Of a DNA stretch of 64,000 nt, positions 38,902 to 49,799 are shown in pieces (position 1 is the stretch's first letter; each line of letters starts with the position of its first letter). Origin of the DNA: Candidatus Helarchaeota archaeon (lineage in GTDB: Archaea; Asgardarchaeota; Lokiarchaeia; Helarchaeales; RDOG01). The notes below the pieces were generated by a model. That model searched no databases. It saw only the letters and a list, made by a program, of their open reading frames with translations, and had not been told where the DNA came from. The stretch lies in the NCBI GenBank assembly GCA_019058315.1, contig JAHPZH010000001.1:213566-277565 (forward strand), in the 5' to 3' direction. The position numbers were made by a program, and so were the translations under genes.

Positions 38902-41418
38902 TTACATTCCCGTTTCAATTTCATGGATTAAATTATTTATTTCATCAATCCAATGCCTAGCTATAAGCACTGCTTCTTGTTGATTCCTTCCCTCCGCATA
39001 TATTTCAAAGGAATCATCTATTGCAGAAGGTTTTATTAGAACCCATCCATAATCTTCAAAAAACATTTTAATTCCATCTAGAGTGTTAAAATTAAAATAA
39101 TAAGCTTCTTCAATCAAATTTAACATTACTTTTCCCCGTATAGTAATGGGACATGGAACAATCTCTTTTGCCATGAAAAAGTGTGGAATTTCCTTAGTTA
39201 ATTCGCTTAAAGATTTCTCTTTTTTAACAAGATATTCCGTTAGATAGGCTGCAGCAAGTATCCCATCCCGTACAATATGAAAATCGGGAAAAACAAACCC
39301 ACCTGTTTCTTCTCCGCCAAATATTGCCCTTTCTTTTTGAACCATTTCTAATAAAGGGCGATTTCCAGTTTTAGTCCTAATAACTGAGCCATTATATTCT
39401 TCTACAACCTGTTCAATAATATGTGAGGTGTGAACAGGAACAGCTATTTTGCCTTTTCTCTTTTCTAAAAGCCTGATTTTAGAAAAAAGTGTAACTGCAG
39501 TATCGCCTTCTAGAATTTCACCTTTTTCATCAACAAATAAAACTCTACCTGCATCTTCATTAAGGAAAAATCCTAAATCTGCATTAAGAGCTTTAACTGT
39601 TTTTGATAAATTTGAAAGTGCTTCAGTATGAGGAGAAAAATCTTTTAATGGAATTGTGGTTTCCCACATAGTATTAAGAGAAATTACTTCACAACCCAAT
39701 TTTTGAAAAACTTGTGGTGCAATAAGAGAACCAGCACCATTGCCACAATCTAAAACTATTCTTGGCCTTCTTTTTTCAATGATTTCTCCATTAATAAATG
39801 CCAATATCCTTTCTAAATATTGTTCGTACGCCATTTTAAAAGAGACTATATCTCTAATTTGGTTAGGGTTTACTCTTTTAATATTTTCTTTAAAAAATAT
39901 ATCTTCTATTTGTTTGGATCCTTTTGGTGAGATTTCTATACCATCATTTTCAAATATCTTTACATTAATTGAGTTTATTTCCGCAAAAGGAACTTTTACT
40001 AAGATGCCTGCTCGACCACCATTAATTTTTGTAGCATATTTAAGTAAAGGAAGTGGCAATGCTTCAACATTATAAACTTCGATACCAGTTGACATCAAAC
40101 CTGACATTAATGCTCTTTTCATCATCCTTGATATCAACATAGTATCTCTTCCTACAAAGACTTTTGATCCGGGACCAAGATAAGTACCAATGGCTGAACC
40201 AAGTTTTGTAATTTTCTCTGGTGTAAATTCATAATTCACAAGGCCCGTTATGCCATATGGACCAAATAAACTCTTTTTTACATATGTGCCATGCTTTAAA
40301 TTCATGTTTATAAATGAACCTGGCTCAATTTCCTTGTTAGGCCAGATTTTTATGTTATGCTTTATAATGCTATGTTCACCTATATGACAATCTTCCCCTA
40401 TTACTGAATTAGCCATAATTTTAGCCCCTTCTCCAATTTCTGTTCGTGGGCAAATTATTACATTATTTTCAATAAATGCATTATCTCGTATGGTAGCGTT
40501 ATTTAAAATAATTGATCTTCTAATTTCAGTATTTTTACCGATACGGACATTATTTCCAATTACTGATAGTCGGTCAATTGTACTATTATCACCTATTTTA
40601 CAATTTTTACCGATTATACATGGTCCCCACAAATTTGCACTGGAAGAAATTTCAGTTCCCTCCCCAATCCATACATTTTCTTTTATTTCTTTCCCCAAAT
40701 GGTCTAAATTAATTCTTTTTGCTAAAACATCATGATTTGCTTGAACATATTTAGTATTTTCTCCAATATCTAACCAATAACAGTTCATAGAAAATCCATA
40801 CATCGGAAAATTCTCTTTCAATAATTTTGGAAAAAGTTGTTTACTGAAATCAAATTTTTCGCCCTTCATAATAAATTGAAGAACATGAGGCTCCAAAATA
40901 TAAATTCCAGCATTTATTTTATCAGAAAATATTTGACTCCAACCGGGTTTTTCTAAGAATTTAGTGATTCTATGATTATCATCAGTCACTACGATTCCAT
41001 AAGCAACTGGAATTTCAGCAGTAGTTAGTGCTAATGTAGCTGTAGATTCATTACTTTTATGGAATTCATACATCTGTTTTAGGTTTAGATCTGTGATAAT
41101 ATCACTACTTATTACAAGAAATGTTTCATTAAATTGGTCTTCTAGGAGCTTTAAGGCTCCAGCTGTTCCAAGAGGAAAAGTTTCCTTAAAATATGTTATC
41201 TTAACTCCTAATTCTTTTCCATCCCCTAACAGATCCTCAATTTGGTTTCCCAAATACCCAATTGTAATTATTATTTCATCAAATCCATGCTTTTTCAATA
41301 AATTAATAGTATGAATAATCATTGGAGTATTTACTATCGAAGCTATAGGTTTTGGAATATTACTGGTTAAAGGTCGTAATCGAGTTCCTTTTCCACCAGC
41401 CAAAATAACTGCTTTCAT
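38902..41418 (-). CDS. Sugar-phosphate nucleotidyltransferase (mannose-1-P guanylyltransferase-like) + LbH fused to a phosphohexomutase-like domain with degenerate active site
   Basis: LAGGKGTRLRPLT..PKP, LGTAG, WLDIG, hexapeptide repeats; LFGPYGITG, VLDCGNGAG, GGEETGG. TASHNP and DxDxDR motifs absent. Confidence 0.9.
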   Translation of the reverse strand: MKAVILAGGKGTRLRPLTSNIPKPIASIVNTPMIIHTINLLKKHGFDEIIITIGYLGNQIEDLLGDGKELGVKITYFKETFPLGTAGALKLLEDQFNETFLVISSDIITDLNLKQMYEFHKSNESTATLALTTAEIPVAYGIVVTDDNHRITKFLEKPGWSQIFSDKINAGIYILEPHVLQFIMKGEKFDFSKQLFPKLLKENFPMYGFSMNCYWLDIGENTKYVQANHDVLAKRINLDHLGKEIKENVWIGEGTEISSSANLWGPCIIGKNCKIGDNSTIDRLSVIGNNVRIGKNTEIRRSIILNNATIRDNAFIENNVIICPRTEIGEGAKIMANSVIGEDCHIGEHSIIKHNIKIWPNKEIEPGSFINMNLKHGTYVKKSLFGPYGITGLVNYEFTPEKITKLGSAIGTYLGPGSKVFVGRDTMLISRMMKRALMSGLMSTGIEVYNVEALPLPLLKYATKINGGRAGILVKVPFAEINSINVKIFENDGIEISPKGSKQIEDIFFKENIKRVNPNQIRDIVSFKMAYEQYLERILAFINGEIIEKRRPRIVLDCGNGAGSLIAPQVFQKLGCEVISLNTMWETTIPLKDFSPHTEALSNLSKTVKALNADLGFFLNEDAGRVLFVDEKGEILEGDTAVTLFSKIRLLEKRKGKIAVPVHTSHIIEQVVEEYNGSVIRTKTGNRPLLEMVQKERAIFGGEETGGFVFPDFHIVRDGILAAAYLTEYLVKKEKSLSELTKEIPHFFMAKEIVPCPITIRGKVMLNLIEEAYYFNFNTLDGIKMFFEDYGWVLIKPSAIDDSFEIYAEGRNQQEAVLIARHWIDEINNLIHEIETGM

Positions 41419-41537
41419 ATCTTCGCAACCAAGAAAAGTTAAAAACTAATTATCAAATTGAAGGTTGTTATAAATAGACATATATAATATATTTAATAAT
41501 ATTATAAATTACTTTACTTAATAAGGGTATTTCAATT

Positions 41538-44500
41538 ATGAAAACTCAAAGTGTTCTAAAAAGATTAGTTATAATGTTTTTTTTCATTTTTTCACCATTT
41601 TTATCACTATTTTTACTTAATAATTCATCCTTTTCATTCCCTGATTTGAATAACCTTAAAAATAATTCTTATACAAACCCTCCCCTCTCAAAAACTCCTC
41701 TAAATCTTGGAACTTCAACAAACATTGCTATTAATGACCAAGGAAATGATCTTTCATATCAGGCGGTAGCTAATGTAACAGGAAGCACCTCATTTTTTCT
41801 AACTCCATTTCCCGTAGAAACAAACGTATGGAATATCACCTATACTTCTTTTAATATAACTAATATTAAGGCGGGCACAGTGATCCAGATTCAAGAAAAT
41901 GATAGTAATTCTCAGGAACCAGTAGATACAACAAAGTTATTTGCAAGGCAATTTTCTGTATATAATAGTTGTGTAATTAATAATTTTTCCATTTATAGAA
42001 GTGCCCTTGCTAATGATACTCTTCAACTCACTAACGGAAGCACCGTAAATGTCGATTATGGTCCATTAAATGTTTCCCTGATAATCTGGAATGCAACATT
42101 TTCAGGGCTCTGGTATGAACCTGATGAACCCATTAAAAAAACAACTTTAATAGATAATTATTATGGATGGGCAATGAATGGCTCTCCTCAGCATATTGAA
42201 TACCCAGAAATAGGCTGGGAAACCTTTGATATGAGTAATTTTTACTTAAATGCTGATAATACTCAAAACAATTTATTTTTCATTTCTATCAATACATCAA
42301 GAAGTAATTCAACTTATGATGGAAAACCCATTAGTTCCCATTATAGATGGTATTTACAAAATTCTACATTGTTTAGTCATTATACTGTAAATTCAACAGA
42401 TGGTGGCAATAATTGGGGTGTACCCACTATTCTTCCAACTTATTCTATGACTCTTAGAGTTATGCTCTCTCTCCCAGACACATTCTATCCCTCAAATATT
42501 AGTTTAACAATTGAGGGTATTCCTGTAAATGATACAACTACTACCAATCAAGGTAACTGGAAAAGATTGTATTTTTATCCCTATGATGGTGATAATTACG
42601 AATATTATTCAGCCTCATCAAATTGGCCAATTATTTCTTTTGACGTTTCATTTAATTGTACTATGAATAAAAGTGGATCTATTTCATCTTATTATTTAGC
42701 AAATGGAACAAAAGATTACATAGATTGGAATTCTACGCTAAATTTTGATCTTCCAAATAGTAATTTAAATAATACAATTCAAATAACGTTCCCAGTAAGT
42801 TGGAATATTACTTGGATTACTCCAAGTCAAAATTCAATAAATTTCACTCAAGGATCGAATAAAATTCTCGAAATTTATAATGGTACTGTTGGAAATATAA
42901 TAACATATTACAGGAGCCCTAATTATATAAACAAAATTTCCATTGAACAATATAAGGGTGGTACCGTATATTTGGATAGTGGATTTACTCAATATATTGA
43001 TGAAACGATCAGAATTAATGCCACATTCAGTAAAAATGTTACATCAGAAATTGCAAACCTTTCTATTTTTGATTTCAATAATAAAATAAATTATACCAAA
43101 CAACGAAATCCATTGAATGCTATTGTGTCATTTCCGAATTGGGATATTGAGACTACAACAAAATCTAATGGTTCATATTTGATTCGTATCTTTTGGACAA
43201 ATGGTACAGCTGTGGGAATAAATTCTACTATTCTCCATATTATATACCCAACAAAATCCTCCTTGATATCCCCCTCCACAACACAGATATTCTATAATCA
43301 ACCAATAAATTTAACAATTTATTTTGAAAACGATTTTTCAGATAATATTTATGGAGAAGTTGGAATCCAAAATGCAAATGTAACTGCAATATTTAATGAA
43401 ACATCAAATATTTACAATTTGAACGAAACTCTCGGAGCCGGTTATTATAATACCACAATAGACACCTCTGGTTTCGAAAATGGAACCTATGATCTTAATA
43501 TTACTATCCAAAAATATGGTTATCAAAATAAATCCTATAATTTACAAATTGAAATTCTCTATAATACTTCCTTATTTATAAATACAACCTCTCTAACAAT
43601 ATATTACTCTGAAACCTTTGATGTTGAACTTAACTATAATAGATCCGATCTTTATATCAATAATGGGGTTAATGCTTCTACAATTCAAGTTCTAATTAAC
43701 GGGACCGATGAAACTTCTAATATAACAATTGATAATACAGAAGAAAATGTAGGAAATTATACTTTACATTTCAACACTACTAATTGTAGTAATCTTCTGC
43801 CAAATTTTGCAATAATTATCATTAAAATTTCAAAACAAGGATTTTATGAAAGGCAAGCACAAATAAACATAACGATATTAAAGGCGATAACAACTTTAGA
43901 AAATTATACCATTATGAAAAGACGAGGCGGATTAGAAGTTTTTAATATTACAGTATTTTATAATAACACTATATTAAATAAGGGTATTAGCGGGGCTAAT
44001 TTCTCAATATATAAAGATGGTTTACTTATTGTTGAAGTTTTTTCTCTAACAGAATTGAATAATGATACTTTTTATCTATATGATTTTCAAAACGGAACAT
44101 ACAATATAGGAATGAATATAACGATAGGTAAGAACTATACAATGGAAATACTTATCGTATCAAATAAAATTGGCTATATTAACGGGAGTAAGACAGTATA
44201 CCAAGATATTTGGGTTCGTGCTACAATTGTTCCTATTTTTATTTTCTCCAACACTGTAACTTATGGTCAGAACCAAACAATAACCTTGCAATATAATGAA
44301 ACTGATGGAATTGGTATTTCTTCAGCAAATGTTTTTTCAACATGGGATGAAATTGGGTTCTTTGATGAATTTTTAACTGATTTTACGAATGGTACCTATA
44401 CTCTTACCTTTGATACTAACTTAACAATGGCTGGAAATCATTCAATTATTGTTCATGCCAGGAAAAATGGTTATGAATGGAATTCTACCACAATCACATT

Positions 44501-46385
44501 TCGTATTACTGGGTATCTCACAAATATTACCACCTTAAATTCAAGTATACATTTTATCTTTGTAAATGATTCAATCTTTAATATCCGAATCCGATATTAT
44601 AATATAAGTGATATTTTCAATATAAGCAATGGTAATGTTATATTTCAATTAAGAAATGGTAGTAATTATTTATTTGATTCAGAGGTCACATCAAACTATA
44701 TCTCATATCAAAACGAAACTAATGGAGAGTATAATTTCACAATTCATACCACAAGTCTACATGCAAGTATATACAGTTTAAATATCACAATTGAATTTCA
44801 TAATATTTCTATCGCTTTTGAATATAGTATAATTTCATTTATTATAAACATAACCCGACTACCTTCTAACCTAACATCTATATTACACACTGGAAATTGG
44901 TGGAAGAATCAAAATACTTCTCTGCAATGGTTTGAGTGTGAAAATATTACTATATATATTAATTTTAAAGCAGATTTTTATGATACTGGTGTTCCTATTG
45001 TAGGTAATGTTTCCTGGGGTAATTTATACTATGAAATTACTAAAGTTGGAGAGGTAATACCAGTACTTCAAGGACAATTCCTTAATCTTGGTGGTGGAAT
45101 TTATGAGGCTATTATAAATTTGAGCATGCCAATTCGAAGTAAGACATCAGAAAATTACAATTTAAGTATAACTGGAGTCGCTCTTGACGTTCAAAATGTG
45201 ACCACAGAAATAGATCTGAAAGTTATTGCAAAGAAGGAAATTTTGATACTGTTCCTCCCACTACAAGAAGAAATCGTTGAAAACGATATTATCCTAATAA
45301 GGATTCTTGCTTTGGATACTTTAGGACACCTTGCAAATGGTGAAACTCTAATAATTAATATTCATATTGCAACATCCGCTGGATATTATAATTTTAAAAT
45401 TCCTGTTAAAATAGTAGGTGGAGTTGCGGCTATTAATTTACAGATACCTTATAATGTTATAGGGATTGTAATTGAAGCTAAAACAGAAAGCTCTATGACG
45501 AGTTGGGCTTCTAAATCATACTATCAACCTGTTCCAACTTTGCCCCCTATTTATAATTCAGTAAGATTCTTAAGATTCGCTTGGCCATTTATAACTGCTT
45601 TTACAATAGCTGCTGTAGCACTCTATTACTATAAAAGAAAATATAAACCTAAAAAAATTAAACAGAAAGAAGTTCGGGATACTATTTCATATAGGTTTAA
45701 ATCAGCTGCAAATTTAGTTCATGTTCTAGTTTATGATCAAAAGACTTCCGAATTATTATATGTTTATTCCACTCCCGGTATTAGACTAACATCATATCTG
45801 ATTAATAGTATTTTAGAAAGTATCTCAATGTACGATAATATGACAGTTACACGTGAAGAAATTTATCTCAGAGATGATGCTCGGCTTATTTTACATGATG
45901 GTGAATTTGTTCGTATAGCTATGATAACTAAAGAATTACCTTCTGTTGAAATGCAAAAACAATTAGAGCACTTCTTAAGCGAATTTGAATTAAAATTCGG
46001 GAAAATGATACCTGAATGGAGGCAAGATATTTCTAGACTTGCACGTATGATGGATATGGGTTTTGCCAACGAATTAATTGAGCTGGCGTTTGAGAAATCC
46101 TTAACATTCCCTCATAATATAGCTCTACCCGAAGAAGGAGAAAAATTAACTGATTTAGAATCAGCACTCTATGAACTTGCTAAAAATATCCGTAGTAAAT
46201 CTGGACCATTTCTATTACAACGTCTTATTGCCAGAGGACATACCGAATTATCTCCAAAACCACTACTACAAATAATGGAAGGTGTATATAATTTACGTAA
46301 AAAGAAAGCTCTTATACCAATTAGTCCAAAGGAAGCTCAACGGTTAAAGGATGAAACTTTTAAAAAAGGAATTAATGGGAAATAA
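41538..46385 (+). CDS. 1615-aa single-pass surface glycoprotein with cytoplasmic longin-like domain
   Basis: Signal peptide; Asn/Thr-rich Ig-like repeats (G.Y...I...K.GY); TM FAWPFITAFTIAAVALYYY then KRKYK; cytoplasmic LVHVLVYDQKTSELLY...FELKFGKMIPEWRQD. Confidence 0.8.
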   Translation: MKTQSVLKRLVIMFFFIFSPFLSLFLLNNSSFSFPDLNNLKNNSYTNPPLSKTPLNLGTSTNIAINDQGNDLSYQAVANVTGSTSFFLTPFPVETNVWNITYTSFNITNIKAGTVIQIQENDSNSQEPVDTTKLFARQFSVYNSCVINNFSIYRSALANDTLQLTNGSTVNVDYGPLNVSLIIWNATFSGLWYEPDEPIKKTTLIDNYYGWAMNGSPQHIEYPEIGWETFDMSNFYLNADNTQNNLFFISINTSRSNSTYDGKPISSHYRWYLQNSTLFSHYTVNSTDGGNNWGVPTILPTYSMTLRVMLSLPDTFYPSNISLTIEGIPVNDTTTTNQGNWKRLYFYPYDGDNYEYYSASSNWPIISFDVSFNCTMNKSGSISSYYLANGTKDYIDWNSTLNFDLPNSNLNNTIQITFPVSWNITWITPSQNSINFTQGSNKILEIYNGTVGNIITYYRSPNYINKISIEQYKGGTVYLDSGFTQYIDETIRINATFSKNVTSEIANLSIFDFNNKINYTKQRNPLNAIVSFPNWDIETTTKSNGSYLIRIFWTNGTAVGINSTILHIIYPTKSSLISPSTTQIFYNQPINLTIYFENDFSDNIYGEVGIQNANVTAIFNETSNIYNLNETLGAGYYNTTIDTSGFENGTYDLNITIQKYGYQNKSYNLQIEILYNTSLFINTTSLTIYYSETFDVELNYNRSDLYINNGVNASTIQVLINGTDETSNITIDNTEENVGNYTLHFNTTNCSNLLPNFAIIIIKISKQGFYERQAQINITILKAITTLENYTIMKRRGGLEVFNITVFYNNTILNKGISGANFSIYKDGLLIVEVFSLTELNNDTFYLYDFQNGTYNIGMNITIGKNYTMEILIVSNKIGYINGSKTVYQDIWVRATIVPIFIFSNTVTYGQNQTITLQYNETDGIGISSANVFSTWDEIGFFDEFLTDFTNGTYTLTFDTNLTMAGNHSIIVHARKNGYEWNSTTITFRITGYLTNITTLNSSIHFIFVNDSIFNIRIRYYNISDIFNISNGNVIFQLRNGSNYLFDSEVTSNYISYQNETNGEYNFTIHTTSLHASIYSLNITIEFHNISIAFEYSIISFIINITRLPSNLTSILHTGNWWKNQNTSLQWFECENITIYINFKADFYDTGVPIVGNVSWGNLYYEITKVGEVIPVLQGQFLNLGGGIYEAIINLSMPIRSKTSENYNLSITGVALDVQNVTTEIDLKVIAKKEILILFLPLQEEIVENDIILIRILALDTLGHLANGETLIINIHIATSAGYYNFKIPVKIVGGVAAINLQIPYNVIGIVIEAKTESSMTSWASKSYYQPVPTLPPIYNSVRFLRFAWPFITAFTIAAVALYYYKRKYKPKKIKQKEVRDTISYRFKSAANLVHVLVYDQKTSELLYVYSTPGIRLTSYLINSILESISMYDNMTVTREEIYLRDDARLILHDGEFVRIAMITKELPSVEMQKQLEHFLSEFELKFGKMIPEWRQDISRLARMMDMGFANELIELAFEKSLTFPHNIALPEEGEKLTDLESALYELAKNIRSKSGPFLLQRLIARGHTELSPKPLLQIMEGVYNLRKKKALIPISPKEAQRLKDETFKKGINGK

Positions 46386-46386
46386 T

Positions 46387-47007
46387 CTATAAACTATCCC
46401 TCAACATAGCCCAGAAAGGCACATCTGTTTTAGGAATAATTGTTTCTTCTACAATTTTAAAATTAAAATGTTTGTAAATTGAAACATTTCTTTCCTTATT
46501 TGTATATAAATAAACAGGTAATTTTTCTTGATCAATTCTCCCTAACATGGATCTTAAAAGTAGACTTGCATATCCCTTTCCCTGAAACTCAGGATCTACT
46601 GCAAGAGGTGATAAATACCAATGTGGGAAAGGAGCATATCGTTGTTGCACAGAATACACAAATTGTTCAACGCGTTGTATTTTTCTAGTAACATTCCTCT
46701 CAAATTTGGATATTAATTCAATACCACCGCACTCTAACATTCTTTCAATGGTCATTATAGCACTTTCAGGAGGCCACCAAGCTGCTATTCCTTCTAATTT
46801 ATTAGATATTGAATAAACTTTTCCATAAAAAACACCATAACGAATTAAAAACTCAAAAGCATAACCACTATTAATTAACCTATCAGCATCATCTGGAAAA
46901 TAATACATCGTTAAAGGATCATCAAAGAAAGCTCTAGCACATAAATCTGCGGCCAATTTGATATTATCTTCATTTATAAGAATAAGATCCTTTGATTTGG
47001 AAGACAG
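46387..47007 (-). CDS. GNAT-family N-acetyltransferase
   Basis: ARAFFDDP, HWYLSPLAVDPEFQGKGYASLL, NVSIYKHFNF. Probable CTG start at 47007 (ORF track uses TTG 46956). Confidence 0.88.
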   Translation of the reverse strand: MSSKSKDLILINEDNIKLAADLCARAFFDDPLTMYYFPDDADRLINSGYAFEFLIRYGVFYGKVYSISNKLEGIAAWWPPESAIMTIERMLECGGIELISKFERNVTRKIQRVEQFVYSVQQRYAPFPHWYLSPLAVDPEFQGKGYASLLLRSMLGRIDQEKLPVYLYTNKERNVSIYKHFNFKIVEETIIPKTDVPFWAMLRDSL

Positions 47008-47025
47008 TTTACTTAATCCCTTCTA

Positions 47026-47916
47026 TTATTTTAAAAAAGAAAGACTTTTTTCTAATCTCTTTATTGTTTTTTCACTTAAAGATGGTAAAGGGCTTCGAAC
47101 AACGGTTTCAATATTCCTTCCTAAAATTTTCATTGCCTCTTTTGCCAATGATACACTATTTTGTATTGGGGAAGCATATTGAAGAACATTTACAATTATT
47201 TTGTTGAATTTACCATATAATTCATCAAATACTTTTTGATTCTTGTTTATAAAAGCATTATATAATTGTGAATGAAGTTTTACTGCAAAATTTGAAGACC
47301 CAAGGATTGCTCCTTTTGCTCCTATTTCTAAACTGGGCTTTAATAATGGATCAACACCTACTAAAACAACGAAGTTTGGGTCGTTAACTAGTTCAATAAC
47401 TTCCTTTACATGGTCAATTTTCATTACAGTCTCCTTAACACCAATGATTAACTTATTTTCTGCTAATTTCTGAATTGTACTGGCTTTAATCTCAAATGTG
47501 ATCGAAGGAAAATTGTATAAAAATAAAGGCAAGTTAATTCCATTTGAAAGGGTTTCGAAATAAGAATATACTTCCTTTTTTGTTACAGGAAAATATGCTG
47601 GTAAAATAGCCATAGTAGCATTTGCACCTACATCCTCTGCATATTTTCCCCAATTTATTGCTAATCTCACACTTGGCGAAGAAATCCCCGCAATAACTGG
47701 GACTTTTCCATTAACTTGATCTACTGTAATCTTTAATACTTGCTTTCTTTCTTCATCTGATAAATAGGCAAATTCACCCGTTGAACCCAAAGAAAATATT
47801 CCATGAACTCCATTTTCGATAAGAAAATCAATATGATCCCTTATGGAACTCTCATCTATTGAACCATCTTTCTTGTATAATGTTACTATTGGTGGAATTA
47901 TCCCTTTTATTTTCAT
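47026..47916 (-). CDS. DHDPS/NAL-family class I aldolase
   Basis: GIIPPIVT, GSTGEF, LYNFP, GVKET Schiff-base Lys. Confidence 0.92.
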   Translation of the reverse strand: MKIKGIIPPIVTLYKKDGSIDESSIRDHIDFLIENGVHGIFSLGSTGEFAYLSDEERKQVLKITVDQVNGKVPVIAGISSPSVRLAINWGKYAEDVGANATMAILPAYFPVTKKEVYSYFETLSNGINLPLFLYNFPSITFEIKASTIQKLAENKLIIGVKETVMKIDHVKEVIELVNDPNFVVLVGVDPLLKPSLEIGAKGAILGSSNFAVKLHSQLYNAFINKNQKVFDELYGKFNKIIVNVLQYASPIQNSVSLAKEAMKILGRNIETVVRSPLPSLSEKTIKRLEKSLSFLK

Positions 47917-47967
47917 ATATTCATCCCATATATTCAGGTATTTTTTAACACATTAACAAAAAAATAA

Positions 47968-48609
47968 TTAAGAAGCAATATCTGAAATATCACTTCCCCC
48001 TAATGGAGAAGGAAGAATGACTGTATAAAATAATATGAGAAATATTACTGTGGCAGCTATAGCAATAATCACCGCTGCATAAATATATTTTTCCTTGCTT
48101 GTTATTTGACAAATTATATAAAATATTTCAGAATATTCTTTTATTATTCTTTGTAATTCCAAAATATCTTTAAATAAGGGATTGTATTCAGGAAATGCTA
48201 ATTGTCTTTTGATTGAATTAATTTCTGGATTTTGAGTAACAGATATATTCCAATAATGGTGAAACTTATCCTTCCACTTTTTTAAGAATGGTTGGATATG
48301 CTGATTTATAAGCTCTAAAATTATTGAACTCAAAAAAATTTGAATTTCGCCTTTCTTTTGAATGCTAGGACCAAAATTTCGGGGACCTAAATCCTTTATT
48401 TTTTGTATAGCAAATCTAGAAAAATTATCCCATGAATCTATGACGTCAATTAATAAATCCTCTTCTTCTTTAATTTCATTAACACCTATTAAAGGTAATA
48501 ATTCACAATATAATTCCCATATAATTCTTTGATCTTTTTTGTTGAATTTTATTAAGCATTCTCCAAAGGGTTTTGGTAAAGCTACTATCTCTTTCAATTT
48601 TATTCTCAC
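47968..48609 (-). CDS. Hypothetical protein with C-terminal TM anchor
   Basis: IWELYCEL and IQPFLKKW-type segments; hydrophobic C-terminal helix. Confidence 0.65.
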   Translation of the reverse strand: MRIKLKEIVALPKPFGECLIKFNKKDQRIIWELYCELLPLIGVNEIKEEEDLLIDVIDSWDNFSRFAIQKIKDLGPRNFGPSIQKKGEIQIFLSSIILELINQHIQPFLKKWKDKFHHYWNISVTQNPEINSIKRQLAFPEYNPLFKDILELQRIIKEYSEIFYIICQITSKEKYIYAAVIIAIAATVIFLILFYTVILPSPLGGSDISDIAS

Positions 48610-48818
48610 CTTTTCGTGATAATAACCATATTTTCTTTAAAATCTTATTTATTAAATAAGAAAATATGAAATAATTTGAAACTACTTATCATAAAAAGTT
48701 ATTTATTAGAAAAAAAATGTTTACTTCATCATTTCTGAATCTTAAATATTATTATGTATCATCGCTGCAATTTTATATAAGTAATTATATAAAATAATAA
48801 TATCTTTTCTAATATAAT

Positions 48819-49571
48819 ATGGTTAAAAAGATGGTCAAATTTTTGAATATTAATGAATTAAAAACAATTAGACGAATTGGTTGTTTAGGTGCCGTAATTG
48901 GTGCTATTATTTTTATTATTTTAACTATTCTTGCAATGTTAACTTCCTCTTATTTATTTCTATTGATGTATCGTATCCCATATAACTTTCTTTACGATTA
49001 TTTCAGCGATCTTGGAAGAGCATTAGAATATATTATTATCCCAATTACTCAAATCCCTATAAAAATTGTACCTCTTGCACATGACTCTATTTTATGGGAT
49101 GTTGCGATTATAATTGTAGCAATTTCATTCTTTCCTTTTTGGATAATTATTCAAACGCTTTTTAGAGATAATAAGAAGATGAAAATTATTAGTATAATTG
49201 GCTCAATATTGGGTGTGATCTCTACTTTATTCTTCATTGCTGTAGCAGTTTTCCCAGTAGATATTAAAGGAAAAGAACACCTAATCTCAGGGGATGCTTT
49301 TTTCATACTCGTTTCTGCAGCTATACTCCTTTATTCCCTTGATATATTTCTTCGACCTGAATATTATAATAAATATGCTATTTTAGGTGTAGCAATAGTA
49401 ATTTTCATCGCATTTTTCTATATCGTCAGTATTTTCTTTTCTGCAATGATAATTATTTCTATTACTCGACCAAATCCTTTATTACAAAAACTCTCAGTCT
49501 ATAGCATCATTCTATGGGTTGTAGTTCAGACCTGTAGAGTCTGGAGTGAAGTTGGACCACCAAAAACTTGA
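48819..49571 (+). CDS. Multi-pass membrane protein (DUF998-like)
   Basis: YNFLYDYFSDLG, AVFPVD..KEH, LQK; about 6 TM helices. Confidence 0.75.
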   Translation: MVKKMVKFLNINELKTIRRIGCLGAVIGAIIFIILTILAMLTSSYLFLLMYRIPYNFLYDYFSDLGRALEYIIIPITQIPIKIVPLAHDSILWDVAIIIVAISFFPFWIIIQTLFRDNKKMKIISIIGSILGVISTLFFIAVAVFPVDIKGKEHLISGDAFFILVSAAILLYSLDIFLRPEYYNKYAILGVAIVIFIAFFYIVSIFFSAMIIISITRPNPLLQKLSVYSIILWVVVQTCRVWSEVGPPKT

Positions 49572-49799
49572 TTAAAAAAATTTTTTAATAATGAATTTCT
49601 GTTAATATTAGAAATTTTGACATTGGTTTGGTAATTAAAAATCTTTAACCATTATAACGAGGTTAAAGATATTATTATAAAATTGAGAACTTTTAAGAAT
49701 AATATATCTCTAATTAAAAATGAATTAATATTCTAATTCATACTATTGTTTATTAAGAAATTCATTCCCTTATCTTAACAATTAAAAAATGACGTACTA

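Noticed and set aside
47026-47916. Assignment as dapA (lysine biosynthesis)
   Set aside because: Family motifs only; no dap genes nearby, and it could equally be a KDG or other aldolase.
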